A stretch of 64,000 nucleotides of DNA from Vulcanimicrobiota bacterium (lineage in GTDB: Bacteria; Vulcanimicrobiota; Vulcanimicrobiia; Vulcanimicrobiales; Vulcanimicrobiaceae), in NCBI GenBank assembly GCA_963723515.1, contig CAVRQT010000002.1:32001-96000 (forward strand). Direction: 5' to 3'. The translations under genes and the position numbers were made by a program. Below are positions 20,107 to 29,861 of this stretch, piece by piece. The notes beneath the pieces were generated by a model, which worked only from the letters and a program-made list of their open reading frames with translations, did not search any database and was not told where the DNA came from. The stretch's first letter is position 1. Every line of letters begins with the position of its first letter.

Positions 20107-21518
20107 AGTTACAAGAACAGTTGATCGAGGCGCTCGGAGGCGAGGCCGTCAAAACGCAGCCGGAAGACCTCGCGGTTTATGCCTTCGATGCCTACTCCCA
20201 GGCACGACCGCCGAACGCGGTTGTCCTGCCCTCGAGCACGCAAGACGTTGTGGCCGCGGTAAAGATCGCAAACGCCTGCGGCGAGCCGATCGTCCCGCGC
20301 GGAGCCGGCACCGGACTCTGCGGCGGCGCCGTTCCGGCTAAGGGCGGTGTCGTCATTTCGTTTGCGCGCATGAATCGTTTGCTGAACCTAGACATTCGAA
20401 ACAAGCGTGCGCGCGTGCAGCCGGGTCTGGTCAATCTCGAGCTCTCGCAACAGGTTCGGGCAAGCGGCCTCTTCTACGCACCGGATCCATCATCGCAGAA
20501 GGTCTCAACGATCGGCGGCAATTGCGCGACGAATGCGGGTGGTCCGCACTGTCTATCCTACGGGACGACCGTCAACCACGTTCTCGGTTTGGAGATCGTC
20601 GATGAGCAAGGCGAACTCTTCACGACGTCCGTGGACGATGTCGGCTATGACCTAACGGGAACGCTTGTCGGCAGCGAAGGAACCCTTGGCATCATTTGTT
20701 CGATCGACGTTCGCTTGATGAGGCTGCCGGAATCGGTGCGCGTTTGGCTCGCCGCGTTTAGCGATGTTGAAGCGGCCTCGGAGACCGTCTCGGCGATTAT
20801 CGCGGCTGGAATCGTGCCGACGGCACTCGAGATCATGGACGATGTGATCGTCGCCGCCGTTGAGGCCGCGTACAACGCCGGGTATCCGACCGATGCGGGC
20901 GCCGTCTTGTTGATCGAGCACGCCGGATTTTCGGATGACATGGACGAGCGCCAAGAGGCGATTCGGCGGATCGCGCACGATCACGGCGCGCTGTCATGGC
21001 GCGCCGCGAAGACACAGCGCGAATGCGATGCGCTCTGGGCCGGCAGAAAGGGCGCCGCCGGTGCAACGGGACGCTATGCGCCCAACTATTACATTCAAGA
21101 CGTCTGCGTGCCGCGCTCAAAACTTCCAACCGCGTTGCATTCGGTCGCGCAATCGGCGCAGCGGCATCGCATCAAAGTCGGCAACGTCTTTCATGCGGGC
21201 GACGGCAACCTTCATCCGCTCTTGATGTACGACAAGCGCGATCCCGACCAGGTCGCGGCGGTCATCGGCGCCGGCAACGAAATCTTGCAAGCATGCATCG
21301 ATCTCGGGGGAACGATCAGCGGCGAACACGGCATCGGCTACGAGAAGCGTGACACGCTTCCGCTCGTCTTCTCAGCCGACGATCTGGCGACCATGGCGAA
21401 AGTGCGCGAGGTTTTCGATCCACGACGCGTCCTAAATCCGGAAAAGATCTTTCCGGCCGGAGTTGGATGCGCCGAAGTTAGGCCTCCCGATACGGCGTAT
21501 GTTATCGCAAGTCGCTAA
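20103..21518 (+). CDS. glcD: Glycolate oxidase FAD-linked subunit GlcD-like
   Basis: PRGAGTGL, APDPSS, GSEGTLG, HAGDGNLHP, GEHGIG. Confidence 0.85.
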   Translation: MKLQEQLIEALGGEAVKTQPEDLAVYAFDAYSQARPPNAVVLPSSTQDVVAAVKIANACGEPIVPRGAGTGLCGGAVPAKGGVVISFARMNRLLNLDIRNKRARVQPGLVNLELSQQVRASGLFYAPDPSSQKVSTIGGNCATNAGGPHCLSYGTTVNHVLGLEIVDEQGELFTTSVDDVGYDLTGTLVGSEGTLGIICSIDVRLMRLPESVRVWLAAFSDVEAASETVSAIIAAGIVPTALEIMDDVIVAAVEAAYNAGYPTDAGAVLLIEHAGFSDDMDERQEAIRRIAHDHGALSWRAAKTQRECDALWAGRKGAAGATGRYAPNYYIQDVCVPRSKLPTALHSVAQSAQRHRIKVGNVFHAGDGNLHPLLMYDKRDPDQVAAVIGAGNEILQACIDLGGTISGEHGIGYEKRDTLPLVFSADDLATMAKVREVFDPRRVLNPEKIFPAGVGCAEVRPPDTAYVIASR

Positions 21519-22740
21519 CGCGGCCACGGCGGATCGGAAAGCTCCGAAAACCGTTGAAAAATTGCAAGAAGCGATCCGAGAAGCGCATTCGCGCCACGAA
21601 GCTCTGGCGATCGAAGGCGGCAACACGCTGAGCGGCATGGGAATGCAGCCGTCGCAGTCATGTGCCGTGCTTTGCACGACTGGGCTGCGCAAGATTCACG
21701 CCTATTCGTTTGGAGATCTCACGATCAGCGTCGGCGCTGGCCTGACGTTGCGGGCTCTGCGCGCTGCACTCGCCGAACACGCGCAATTCGTTCCCCTTGA
21801 TGCCCCATGCCCGCAACGGGCAACGGTGGGCGGTACGCTCGCCGCCGGCTGGTTAGGGCCTCGCCGTCACCTGTACGGGCGGCCGCGCGACTATGTGATC
21901 GGAACGCAGATCATCCTTGCCGATGGAACGCTCGCCAATGCGGGCGGTATGGTGGTCAAAAACGTCACCGGCTACGACATGAGCAAACTGTACATCGGCT
22001 CCTTCGGGACGCTCGGCGTCTTAACGAGCGTGAACTTTAAAACGCTGCCGGCGCCACAATGCGCCCGCGTCTTCATTGCGCGGCTTCCCGAAGAGTCTCG
22101 CTTGCGCGCGATCGAAGCCATCGTGCAACTCGATGTCACGCCCGCCGCCGCCTTTTGGGTCCATGGTTTCCGTAAAGCGATCGACGGCGAAGATGGGGCG
22201 GATGGCCGCATCTTTTTGCTGCATGAAGGCTCAGCCTCGCTGATCGAACGCGCTAGCCGCGACGTCCGCACGGCGCTCGGACGAGCGGGTGTGCCGGAGA
22301 CGCAGATCATCGACACGGGCTCCTCTGGAGCATTCGATCGCGTCCTCGACGCATGCATTGCGAGTGTCGGTCAGCGTTCTGTCACGTACCGCATCAACGG
22401 CAATCTCGACGATGCGGAATCGCGCTTGCGCGAGACGTACGTTGCCGCGCACAAGAGCGGCCTGGCCGCGGAATCGCTGCTGGATTTGATGAACGGTGAT
22501 CTTTTTACCCGCATCAGCGGAAAAGACGCGCACGCATTTTCGGAGCGGATCGAGGCGCTCGACGACGCGTTGCACGCGCGGCTTTCCAAGGTGATCGTCG
22601 TCGCAAGCGATTCTCCGATTCGCAGCGTTTTGAACGTCTGGGGTCAGACGCCGACCTCACTCGATCGGATGCGCGCCGTCAAGGCCGCTTTCGATCCGAA
22701 CGGCACGCTCAACCCCGGGCGTTTTATGGCCGGCCTTTAA
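21499..22740 (+). CDS. glcE: Glycolate oxidase subunit GlcE-like
   Basis: ATVGG, GGMVVKNVTGYDMSKL, GSFGTLG, KAAFDPNGTLNPGRF. Confidence 0.8.
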   Translation: MLSQVANAATADRKAPKTVEKLQEAIREAHSRHEALAIEGGNTLSGMGMQPSQSCAVLCTTGLRKIHAYSFGDLTISVGAGLTLRALRAALAEHAQFVPLDAPCPQRATVGGTLAAGWLGPRRHLYGRPRDYVIGTQIILADGTLANAGGMVVKNVTGYDMSKLYIGSFGTLGVLTSVNFKTLPAPQCARVFIARLPEESRLRAIEAIVQLDVTPAAAFWVHGFRKAIDGEDGADGRIFLLHEGSASLIERASRDVRTALGRAGVPETQIIDTGSSGAFDRVLDACIASVGQRSVTYRINGNLDDAESRLRETYVAAHKSGLAAESLLDLMNGDLFTRISGKDAHAFSERIEALDDALHARLSKVIVVASDSPIRSVLNVWGQTPTSLDRMRAVKAAFDPNGTLNPGRFMAGL

Positions 22741-22826
22741 CGCTTCGAGCAGCGACCGCGAGGGGTGCCGAATCGCTTTGGCGCCTGTACGAAGGCTCCA
22801 AAACAAGCCTCCCGGAAGACGTGAAC

Positions 22827-24143
22827 ATGCAGCCTTATTCTGGACGCCGCAGTTGCTTCGCAGAGGCGACTCCCGATGCAATCGCCGTCATTCCGAGCGC
22901 TTCGATACGCCTTCGCAATAACGATACGGAGTTTGAGTTCCGCCAGAATTCAGATTTTCATTATTTAACCGGCTTTCCGGAACCCGATTCCGTTTTAGTT
23001 ATTCGGCCGAAAGGCGTCGAGGAGCGCTTCGTCCTCTTCGTGCGCCCCCGCGATCGCACCAAAGAAATTTGGAATGGGAAGCGTTTCGGACCCGAAGGCG
23101 CGCGCGCAGACTTCGGAATTGACGCGGCCTACGATATCTCGGAACTTGATACCAAACTGCCGGAGTTCATGGTTGGCGCGCGCACGCTTTACTACCGGTT
23201 CGGTGAAGACGAACGGATGGACCGTCGCGTGCAAGAGGCGCTCACAGCTGCGCGCGAGCGCGTCAGGCGCGGCGGCAACGCACCGCGCACGATTGAGGAG
23301 CCCGGGACGATCGTGCACGAGATGCGCCTGCTGAAGACGTCAGCGGAAATCGATAAAATGCGCCGCGCATGCGAGATTACGCGCGAAGGACACGTTGCGG
23401 GAATGCGCGCGACGCGCCCCGGGATGTACGAATACGAAATCGAGGCGACCATCGAGCATGCCTATCGTGCTCGTGGCGCGCAGTATGCGTATCCCTCAAT
23501 AGTTGCCGGCGGCGACAACGCGACGATCCTGCATTACCACGAGAACGCCGAGAAATTACAAGCCGGCGATTTGCTTCTGGTCGACAGCGGCTGCGAATTC
23601 GATCTCTACGCATCCGATGTTACGCGCACGTGGCCGGTCAGCGGCCGATTCAGCGCCGAGCAGCGCGCCATTTACGAGATCGTCTTAGAGGCGCAAAAAG
23701 CCGCCATCGATCAAGTCCGTCCCGGTAAACAATTCGTTGCCTACCATGAAGCGGCGGTCAACGTGATCGTCGATGGATTGATCGAGCTCGGGCTGTTGAA
23801 AGGGACGCGCGACGAAAATTTGGAGCAGCAACGCTACCAAGACTACTACATGCACCGCACCGGCCATTGGCTCGGACTCGATGTGCACGATGTCGGCCGC
23901 TATCTCGAGATCGATGGTTCAACCTCGCGGAAGCTTGAGGCGGGCATGGTCCTCACGGTCGAGCCGGGCATCTACGTGCATCGTGATCTCAATTGCGACG
24001 AGCGCTTCAAAGGCATCGGCGTGCGAATCGAAGACGACGTCCTTTGCACGCCGAGCGGGCCGGACATCTTGAGCGCCGACATTCCGAAGGAAGTCGACGA
24101 ACTCGAATCGATCGTCGGAGCCGACGCCTTAGCGCACGTGTAG
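22827..24143 (+). CDS. pepP: Xaa-Pro aminopeptidase
   Basis: FRQNSDFHYLTG, YASDVTRT, HWLGLDVHD, TVEPGIY, GVRIEDD. Confidence 0.95.
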   Translation: MQPYSGRRSCFAEATPDAIAVIPSASIRLRNNDTEFEFRQNSDFHYLTGFPEPDSVLVIRPKGVEERFVLFVRPRDRTKEIWNGKRFGPEGARADFGIDAAYDISELDTKLPEFMVGARTLYYRFGEDERMDRRVQEALTAARERVRRGGNAPRTIEEPGTIVHEMRLLKTSAEIDKMRRACEITREGHVAGMRATRPGMYEYEIEATIEHAYRARGAQYAYPSIVAGGDNATILHYHENAEKLQAGDLLLVDSGCEFDLYASDVTRTWPVSGRFSAEQRAIYEIVLEAQKAAIDQVRPGKQFVAYHEAAVNVIVDGLIELGLLKGTRDENLEQQRYQDYYMHRTGHWLGLDVHDVGRYLEIDGSTSRKLEAGMVLTVEPGIYVHRDLNCDERFKGIGVRIEDDVLCTPSGPDILSADIPKEVDELESIVGADALAHV

Positions 24144-24147
24144 CAAG

Positions 24148-24993
24148 ACGCGCGTCGGAATACTGGGCGGCAGCGGCTTCATCGGCAAGCATCTGACCGC
24201 CGCTCTCGCTGCACGGAACGATGAACCGCGCACGCACAGCCTTCGTGATCCCGCCGCAGCTGCGCAAGCGCTAGCAGACTGCGAGGTCATCATCAATTTA
24301 GCCGGCGAACCGGTCGCGCAACGTTGGACCGGCGACGTGAAGCGCAAGATTGCGGAAAGCCGCACGCTCACACCCCGTTCGTTCCTCGATGCGCTGCGCG
24401 CGTTGGGATCAACGCGTCCGCAGCGCTACATTTCGGCATCCGCAATCGGCTACTACGGAACGAGCGAAACTGCAACGTTTACCGAGCAGAGCCTTCCGGG
24501 CGATGATTTCTTGGCCCGCGTCTGCGTCGATTGGGAACGCGAAGCGCAGGGCGCCGAGCAACTCGGAATGCGCGTCGCCTGCATTCGGACCGGCTTCGCG
24601 CTCGGCAGCGACGGCGGAGCGCTGGCGAAAATTCTGCCGGTATTTAAAGCCGGGGCAGGCGGTCGGGTCGCAAGCGGCCGGCAGTGGTGCTCCTGGGTTC
24701 ATATCGATGACGTTGTGGGTCTCTACCTTTTGGCGATCGATGGCGGCGACGGCGTTTGGAATGCCGTCGCCCCAAATCCGGTGCGCAACTCGGAATTAAC
24801 GAGTGTCCTTGGTAAGGTGCTGCACCGGCCGACGATTTTTCCCGTGCCGAACATCGCGCTCAAAGCGGTGCTCGGGGAAGGCGCATACATTGCAACGCAA
24901 GGCCAGCGCGTTGAGCCGAAACGTGCGCTGGCCTGCGGCTACGAGTTCAAGTTTACGGCCTTAGCGTCCGCACTTCGTGACCTCGCTCTCTAG
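24148..24993 (+). CDS. TIGR01777-family NAD-dependent epimerase/oxidoreductase
   Basis: The frame extends upstream of the ORF-track start to RVGILGGSGFIG and INLAGEP. Also SASAIGYYG, FLARVCVDWE and WVHIDD. No canonical start codon found. Confidence 0.88.
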   Translation, partial: TRVGILGGSGFIGKHLTAALAARNDEPRTHSLRDPAAAAQALADCEVIINLAGEPVAQRWTGDVKRKIAESRTLTPRSFLDALRALGSTRPQRYISASAIGYYGTSETATFTEQSLPGDDFLARVCVDWEREAQGAEQLGMRVACIRTGFALGSDGGALAKILPVFKAGAGGRVASGRQWCSWVHIDDVVGLYLLAIDGGDGVWNAVAPNPVRNSELTSVLGKVLHRPTIFPVPNIALKAVLGEGAYIATQGQRVEPKRALACGYEFKFTALASALRDLAL

Positions 24994-24997
24994 GAGT

Positions 24998-25609
24998 TCA
25001 CGGACCTGGCGTGGCGGGTTGCGGGTTGTTCAGGGCCGGTGCCGCCGGCGAGGGCAGCGTCATCGGACGTCCGGCGAGATAATCTTGCGCCATCTGCAGG
25101 TGTGCTTGCAGAAGCGGAAGCGTGCTGCCGACGAACACTTTGATGTCCTTGTCGACCCCGTCCTTGGCCTCGTTTTGAAACAACGCGATTGCGTTTTGGT
25201 GGTCCGTGACTTCTTTTTGCATGTAGGCCCTAGCATCGAGGACCGGCGTGTTCGTGCTCCCCGGTTGATCGGGCGAAGTGTTCATGTCCGTATTGCCCTG
25301 CGAAGTGACGTTCAGATTGCTCTTGGGATACGGGATGCCTTTTTGCTCGGCCAGCTGTCCGAGGTGCGTATTCGCAGCCACATGATCGGTGATCATCTGA
25401 CGCGCGAAAAGGACGATCTGCGGATCGCGACTCGATAGCTCCGCCCGCGCTTGCGCGATCTCTTGATCGCCCGCGGTGATGGCGTTGCTCACGAAATCAC
25501 GATCGTACTGATTGTGTTCGGCGGCGTTCGGTTGGGCTCGCAGTGCACCGGCAGTTGCGACTGCGGCGACCACGATGCCCAGCGCGAACGCTCTCATCTT
25601 CTTGTGCAT
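24998..25609 (-). CDS. Secreted DUF4142 (ferritin-like) protein, copy 2
   Basis: Signal peptide. DRDFV...EI...FARQMITDH...LPLLQAHLQMA. Confidence 0.85.
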   Translation of the reverse strand: MHKKMRAFALGIVVAAVATAGALRAQPNAAEHNQYDRDFVSNAITAGDQEIAQARAELSSRDPQIVLFARQMITDHVAANTHLGQLAEQKGIPYPKSNLNVTSQGNTDMNTSPDQPGSTNTPVLDARAYMQKEVTDHQNAIALFQNEAKDGVDKDIKVFVGSTLPLLQAHLQMAQDYLAGRPMTLPSPAAPALNNPQPATPGP

Positions 25610-25633
25610 CGGGCTTCCTTCCATACAATTGCG

Positions 25634-26260
25634 TTAGAGCGGCCTCGGCGACGGCGTCGCGCCTTGCGGATTATTTTCGGATGGGGCTGCCAGTGGCGGC
25701 ATCACGATCCTGCGGCCGGCCAGATAATCCTGCGCCATCTTTAGATGGCCTTGCAACAGCGGAATCGTGTTGCCGACGAAGACCTCGATATCACGATCCG
25801 TGCCGTTTCTCGCCTCGGTCTTGAAGAGGGCAATGGCGGCTTGGTGGTCGCTCACTTCTTTTTGCATATAAGCGCGAGGGCTTAACGCTCGCGCCATCGG
25901 CTGCGTCGTGCGCGTCGCGGTGTTCGGTTTAACGTTTCCCGGCTCGGATGTCACATTGACGTTGACGTGGGGATACGGGATGCCTTTTTGCTCGGCGAGT
26001 TGAGCGAGATGCGTGTTCGCCGCGACATGGTCCAAAATCATCCGGCGCGCAAAGGCGCGGATGGTTGCGTCATGACTCGATAATTGTGCGCGCGCCTGCG
26101 CGATTTCGGCGTCCCCTGCGACCATGGCTTTCATCACAAAATCACGATCAGCTGATGTATGTTCGGCGGCACCCGTCGCGGCATAGCCGACGCGGGCCAA
26201 TGCCGTCAGAAGTATCGCGATGCCGATCGCACGGAGAGCGGTCTTAATTTGCATTTCCAT
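25634..26260 (-). CDS. Secreted DUF4142 (ferritin-like) protein, copy 1
   Basis: GGAGG ribosome-binding site, signal peptide, DRDFV...FARRMILDH...IPLLQGHLKMA. Confidence 0.85.
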   Translation of the reverse strand: MEMQIKTALRAIGIAILLTALARVGYAATGAAEHTSADRDFVMKAMVAGDAEIAQARAQLSSHDATIRAFARRMILDHVAANTHLAQLAEQKGIPYPHVNVNVTSEPGNVKPNTATRTTQPMARALSPRAYMQKEVSDHQAAIALFKTEARNGTDRDIEVFVGNTIPLLQGHLKMAQDYLAGRRIVMPPLAAPSENNPQGATPSPRPL

Positions 26261-26317
26261 TCCTCCGAAGCGTTTACTGCTCGTCCTATGCCCACCCAAG
26301 GGGACGCTTTAACCGCG

Positions 26318-27253
26318 CTACGGAGAAACGGGAACGGAAAACTCGAGCGCCTCAAGATAGCGCTCAGCGTCCATTGCTGCACGACATCCCAAACCAGCGG
26401 CCGTCACGGCTTGCTTGTAGCGGATGTCGTACACGTCGCCCGCCACAAAGACGCCTTCGATATTCGTGGAGGTCCCATCGGGCGAATCGATGTAGCCGCC
26501 ACGGTCGAGCTCGAGCTGGCCCTTGAACAGCTGCGTATTCGGATCGTGCCCTATCGCGATGAAGAGTGCATCGGCGGCAAACGTGCGATGTGTCTCTTCC
26601 TTGAGATCGTACAGCTTCAGCCCCGTAACGTGCGTCGTTCCGAGCACTTCTTCAACGACGCTGTTCCAAATGAAGTCGATCGTATCGTGCGAGAGCGCGC
26701 GATCCGCCATGATCTTGCTGGCGCGCAGCGTATCGCGACGGTGAACGATAGTGACGCGTTTTCCAAACCGGGTTAGGAAGAGCGCTTCTTCCATCGCCGA
26801 GTCGCCGCCGCCCACGACGACAATGTGCTTGCCTTTGAAGAACGCGCCGTCGCACGTTGCGCATGTTGAGACGCCGTGGCCTCGAAGCAGCTCTTCGCCG
26901 GGTATGTTAAGCCATCGAGCGCTGGCGCCGCTGGCGACAATGACGCTCTTCGCGAAATATTCCTGATCTGGCGTTCGAACGCTGAAGGGACGGCGGGAAA
27001 AATCAACGCTCGTTGCATCGACGTTTTCGATGCGCGCGCCGAAACGTTCAGCCTGTTCCCGAAACGCGATCATCAGGTCCGGGCCGAGGATTCCCTGCGG
27101 GAAACCAGGGTAGTTCTCGACCTCGGTCGTGAGCATCAGCTGCCCACCGTACATCCCACCGGCAACGACGAGCGGATTCAGATTTGCTCGGGCAGCGTAA
27201 ATTGCCGCGGTCAAACCCGCGGGGCCCGAGCCGATGATGATCACGCTCTCCAT
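26318..27253 (-). CDS. trxB: Thioredoxin reductase
   Basis: GSGPAGLTAA, CATCDG, GGGDSAMEEA, VFVAGD, QAVTAAG. Confidence 0.97.
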   Translation of the reverse strand: MESVIIIGSGPAGLTAAIYAARANLNPLVVAGGMYGGQLMLTTEVENYPGFPQGILGPDLMIAFREQAERFGARIENVDATSVDFSRRPFSVRTPDQEYFAKSVIVASGASARWLNIPGEELLRGHGVSTCATCDGAFFKGKHIVVVGGGDSAMEEALFLTRFGKRVTIVHRRDTLRASKIMADRALSHDTIDFIWNSVVEEVLGTTHVTGLKLYDLKEETHRTFAADALFIAIGHDPNTQLFKGQLELDRGGYIDSPDGTSTNIEGVFVAGDVYDIRYKQAVTAAGLGCRAAMDAERYLEALEFSVPVSP

Positions 27254-27346
27254 TGCGCGTCCTTCGACCGTGGAATTGACCGCTCCGGTTGCGTTGCGAG
27301 GCCATCGCAATGTCTCGTCCTGAGCCTTCTCGAAGGACGAGGCCGC

Positions 27347-28168
27347 ATGCTCGAAGATGAATTTGTCGACGTCTTTGGTAAGGCGATGCGCGGAACGCGC
27401 CTTTCGGTCGAACAGCTGGCGCAAACCACGGGGCTGCCGCGCGCCGACATTGCGTCTTGGGCGAAAGGCTCAGCCGTGCCGAACGACGAGGAGGCTCGCG
27501 CGCTCGCACGCCCGCTGCACCTCGATGCTGCAAAGTTCGCCGATGCGGCAGCGGTGCGCTGGCATCCGCAACCGATCGATGTGCCGGATGTTCGCCATCA
27601 TCCTCAAAACCCGCACCCGAGCAACGGCTATGTTTTCTTTCTCGAGGGAAGCCGGCGTGCGGCGCTCGTCGATCCTGCGGGCATTCCGCAAAACTTGATC
27701 CGGATTCTGCGCGATGGCGCCTACAAGCTGCAGTATATTTTAATCACGCACAAGCATCCGGATCACTGCGATGCGACGGACGATGTCGCAGCCGCTTTTC
27801 CGCAGGCTGACATCGTCATGCACAAAGCAGACATCTTTGCGATTGGGAAACTTGCCAGCCGCGCGACGCTGATTCGCGACGGCGAAGAGCTCGCGTTCGG
27901 CGAGGAAGCACGCATTCGAATGCTGCACACTCCCGGCCACACCGACGGCTCTTCTTCGTTCGTCTTTCGTTCGACCGTTTTCACCGGCGACACGCTCTTT
28001 GCCGGCAGCGTCGGCGGTGCATTCGGTGACGTCTCGACCTACACCGATATACTCAACAGCGTGCGCTCACGTCTGTTCACGCTGCCGGACGATACGGTCG
28101 TGATGCCCGGACATGGGCCGCCGTCAAAGATCGGCTGGGAAAAACAACACAACCCGTTCTTCGGGTAG
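27347..28168 (+). CDS. MBL-fold metallo-hydrolase with N-terminal XRE-like HTH
   Basis: LSVEQLAQTTGLPRADIASW (HTH-like), THKHPDH, TPGHT, GDTLF, PGHG. Confidence 0.85.
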   Translation: MLEDEFVDVFGKAMRGTRLSVEQLAQTTGLPRADIASWAKGSAVPNDEEARALARPLHLDAAKFADAAAVRWHPQPIDVPDVRHHPQNPHPSNGYVFFLEGSRRAALVDPAGIPQNLIRILRDGAYKLQYILITHKHPDHCDATDDVAAAFPQADIVMHKADIFAIGKLASRATLIRDGEELAFGEEARIRMLHTPGHTDGSSSFVFRSTVFTGDTLFAGSVGGAFGDVSTYTDILNSVRSRLFTLPDDTVVMPGHGPPSKIGWEKQHNPFFG

Positions 28169-28177
28169 CGAAATTTT

Positions 28178-29809
28178 TTAGTGCGCGGAAGCCACCATGA
28201 CGGCGCTTGCCGCCGATCCACCGACGCCGTTCGCCTCCACGCGGAACGTCGTATGTCTGGGCGCACGCTTTTGATTTTGGATCAATTGGAGCTCGACGAT
28301 TTTGACGCCGGATTGCGGCAAATGCAGCGCAAGCTGCATCGGCGAGCAGAGCCGGTCCGAACAGAACGACGCGATCCAGCCCTTCTTGATGTTCGTTGCA
28401 CGCAGCTGCACCGTGGAATCGGCTTTGCCCGAGACGACGAGCCGATATTTGATCGTGCTGGCGATACTGCCCGGCAGATCGGCTCCGGTCCAAGGCGCCA
28501 ATGAGATCGCGGGGTGGTCGCTGCTGCCGATATTGAGCGCGACATCGGCCTCTTGCGATTCTTCCGTGTACTTCTCGTAGTCCGTAGAGCCCGTTGGAAG
28601 CAACGACCCGTAGTGCATCGTCTTGATGAAGGCGAGGTGCGCGTTTGGTTTGTCGTTCGCGATGGCGTAGGCGCGTCCCAAATAGAGCCACGTATAGGCG
28701 GTCTCGACGATCGTGTCACGCGATTTCTTCTTAGCGAGCGCAGCTTCGGCTAACTCAACCGCTTTCCGATCCGACGCAACGGCATTCTTATAGTCTTTGA
28801 GCTGCAGGTACGCTTTGCCGATATCGATGTAGGTGTCGGCGTCAGGCGTGAGTGCGACGAGCTGTTGGTACGCGTTGATCTCGCCGCCCCAGTCCTTCTG
28901 CTCGTAGTACGCGAAGCCCAGGCCCGAAAGGGCGTCGGTGTTTTTAGAGTCCAGTTGCAGCACTCTTAGGTATGCGGGTATCGCCTGATCCCACTGCTCG
29001 CGATCGGTTGCCAGATCGCCTTGCATGCGGTAGAGGAGTTTACGATCGTCCGGCGTGGTCGCGACTTTCGCGAGCGCCGTGGTCGCGGGGTCCAGCAGCG
29101 CGGCTTGCGCTGCGCGCGTCTTCAGATAGTCGGCAACTTGACCTTTGGCGGGATCTTCGTCGCCCAGCAACTTATTCGACTGATCGATCGCATCGGTCGC
29201 CGCTTTGACATTCTTGAGCACCGTATCATGGTCGCCCGAAAACGCGAACTGCTTCAAATCAAGCGCCGCATCGATCTGGGTCTGGAGCGGCGAGACGATC
29301 GTCCCATTTTGTTGCGTTTTGGCCGCTTGGACGAACCCCGCGAGCTGATTCTGCGAAATGATGTCGACGAAGCGCGCGCGCACAATTCCCTTTTCGTCGA
29401 TCACGTAGGTCGTCGGAATCCCGCGGACGTCGTAAGCGCTGACAGCACTCTTGTTCGGATCGAGCGCGACAGGATACGGAAGGCCCTTTGCCGCCACGAA
29501 CGCGCGGACAATCGGCGCCGACTCCGTTGAATCAACTCCCAAAAATGCAACTGAAGGGCTGCGCAGAGCGTGGTAGGCGCGGACCATATCCGGCGTCTCG
29601 GTCCGGCACGGCGGACACCATGTGGCCCAGAAATTCAAGACGAGGACCCGACCTCGGTAGGATGCAAGCGTGATCGGCTTCCCGTTGAGGCCGTTGACCG
29701 TAAAACCGGGCGCCGGCGCTCCCAAAGCGGGGCCTGGGATGGCCTGTGCATCGGCAAGGGCCGGAAAGAGAGCCGCGCCAGTGAGAAGAGCCGCGAATAG
29801 ATACTTCAC
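28178..29809 (-). CDS. Exported TlpA-type thioredoxin fused to TPR repeats
   Basis: Signal peptide from GTG 29809. LNFWATWCPPC, TPR-like repeats, C-terminal domain with a Cys pair (FCSDRLC). Confidence 0.85.
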   Translation of the reverse strand: MKYLFAALLTGAALFPALADAQAIPGPALGAPAPGFTVNGLNGKPITLASYRGRVLVLNFWATWCPPCRTETPDMVRAYHALRSPSVAFLGVDSTESAPIVRAFVAAKGLPYPVALDPNKSAVSAYDVRGIPTTYVIDEKGIVRARFVDIISQNQLAGFVQAAKTQQNGTIVSPLQTQIDAALDLKQFAFSGDHDTVLKNVKAATDAIDQSNKLLGDEDPAKGQVADYLKTRAAQAALLDPATTALAKVATTPDDRKLLYRMQGDLATDREQWDQAIPAYLRVLQLDSKNTDALSGLGFAYYEQKDWGGEINAYQQLVALTPDADTYIDIGKAYLQLKDYKNAVASDRKAVELAEAALAKKKSRDTIVETAYTWLYLGRAYAIANDKPNAHLAFIKTMHYGSLLPTGSTDYEKYTEESQEADVALNIGSSDHPAISLAPWTGADLPGSIASTIKYRLVVSGKADSTVQLRATNIKKGWIASFCSDRLCSPMQLALHLPQSGVKIVELQLIQNQKRAPRHTTFRVEANGVGGSAASAVMVASAH

Positions 29810-29861
29810 GTTAAGAGTCCCCCTGTGCAAGAAGTATAACGCCTAAGGGCCTCTAAAGGTG

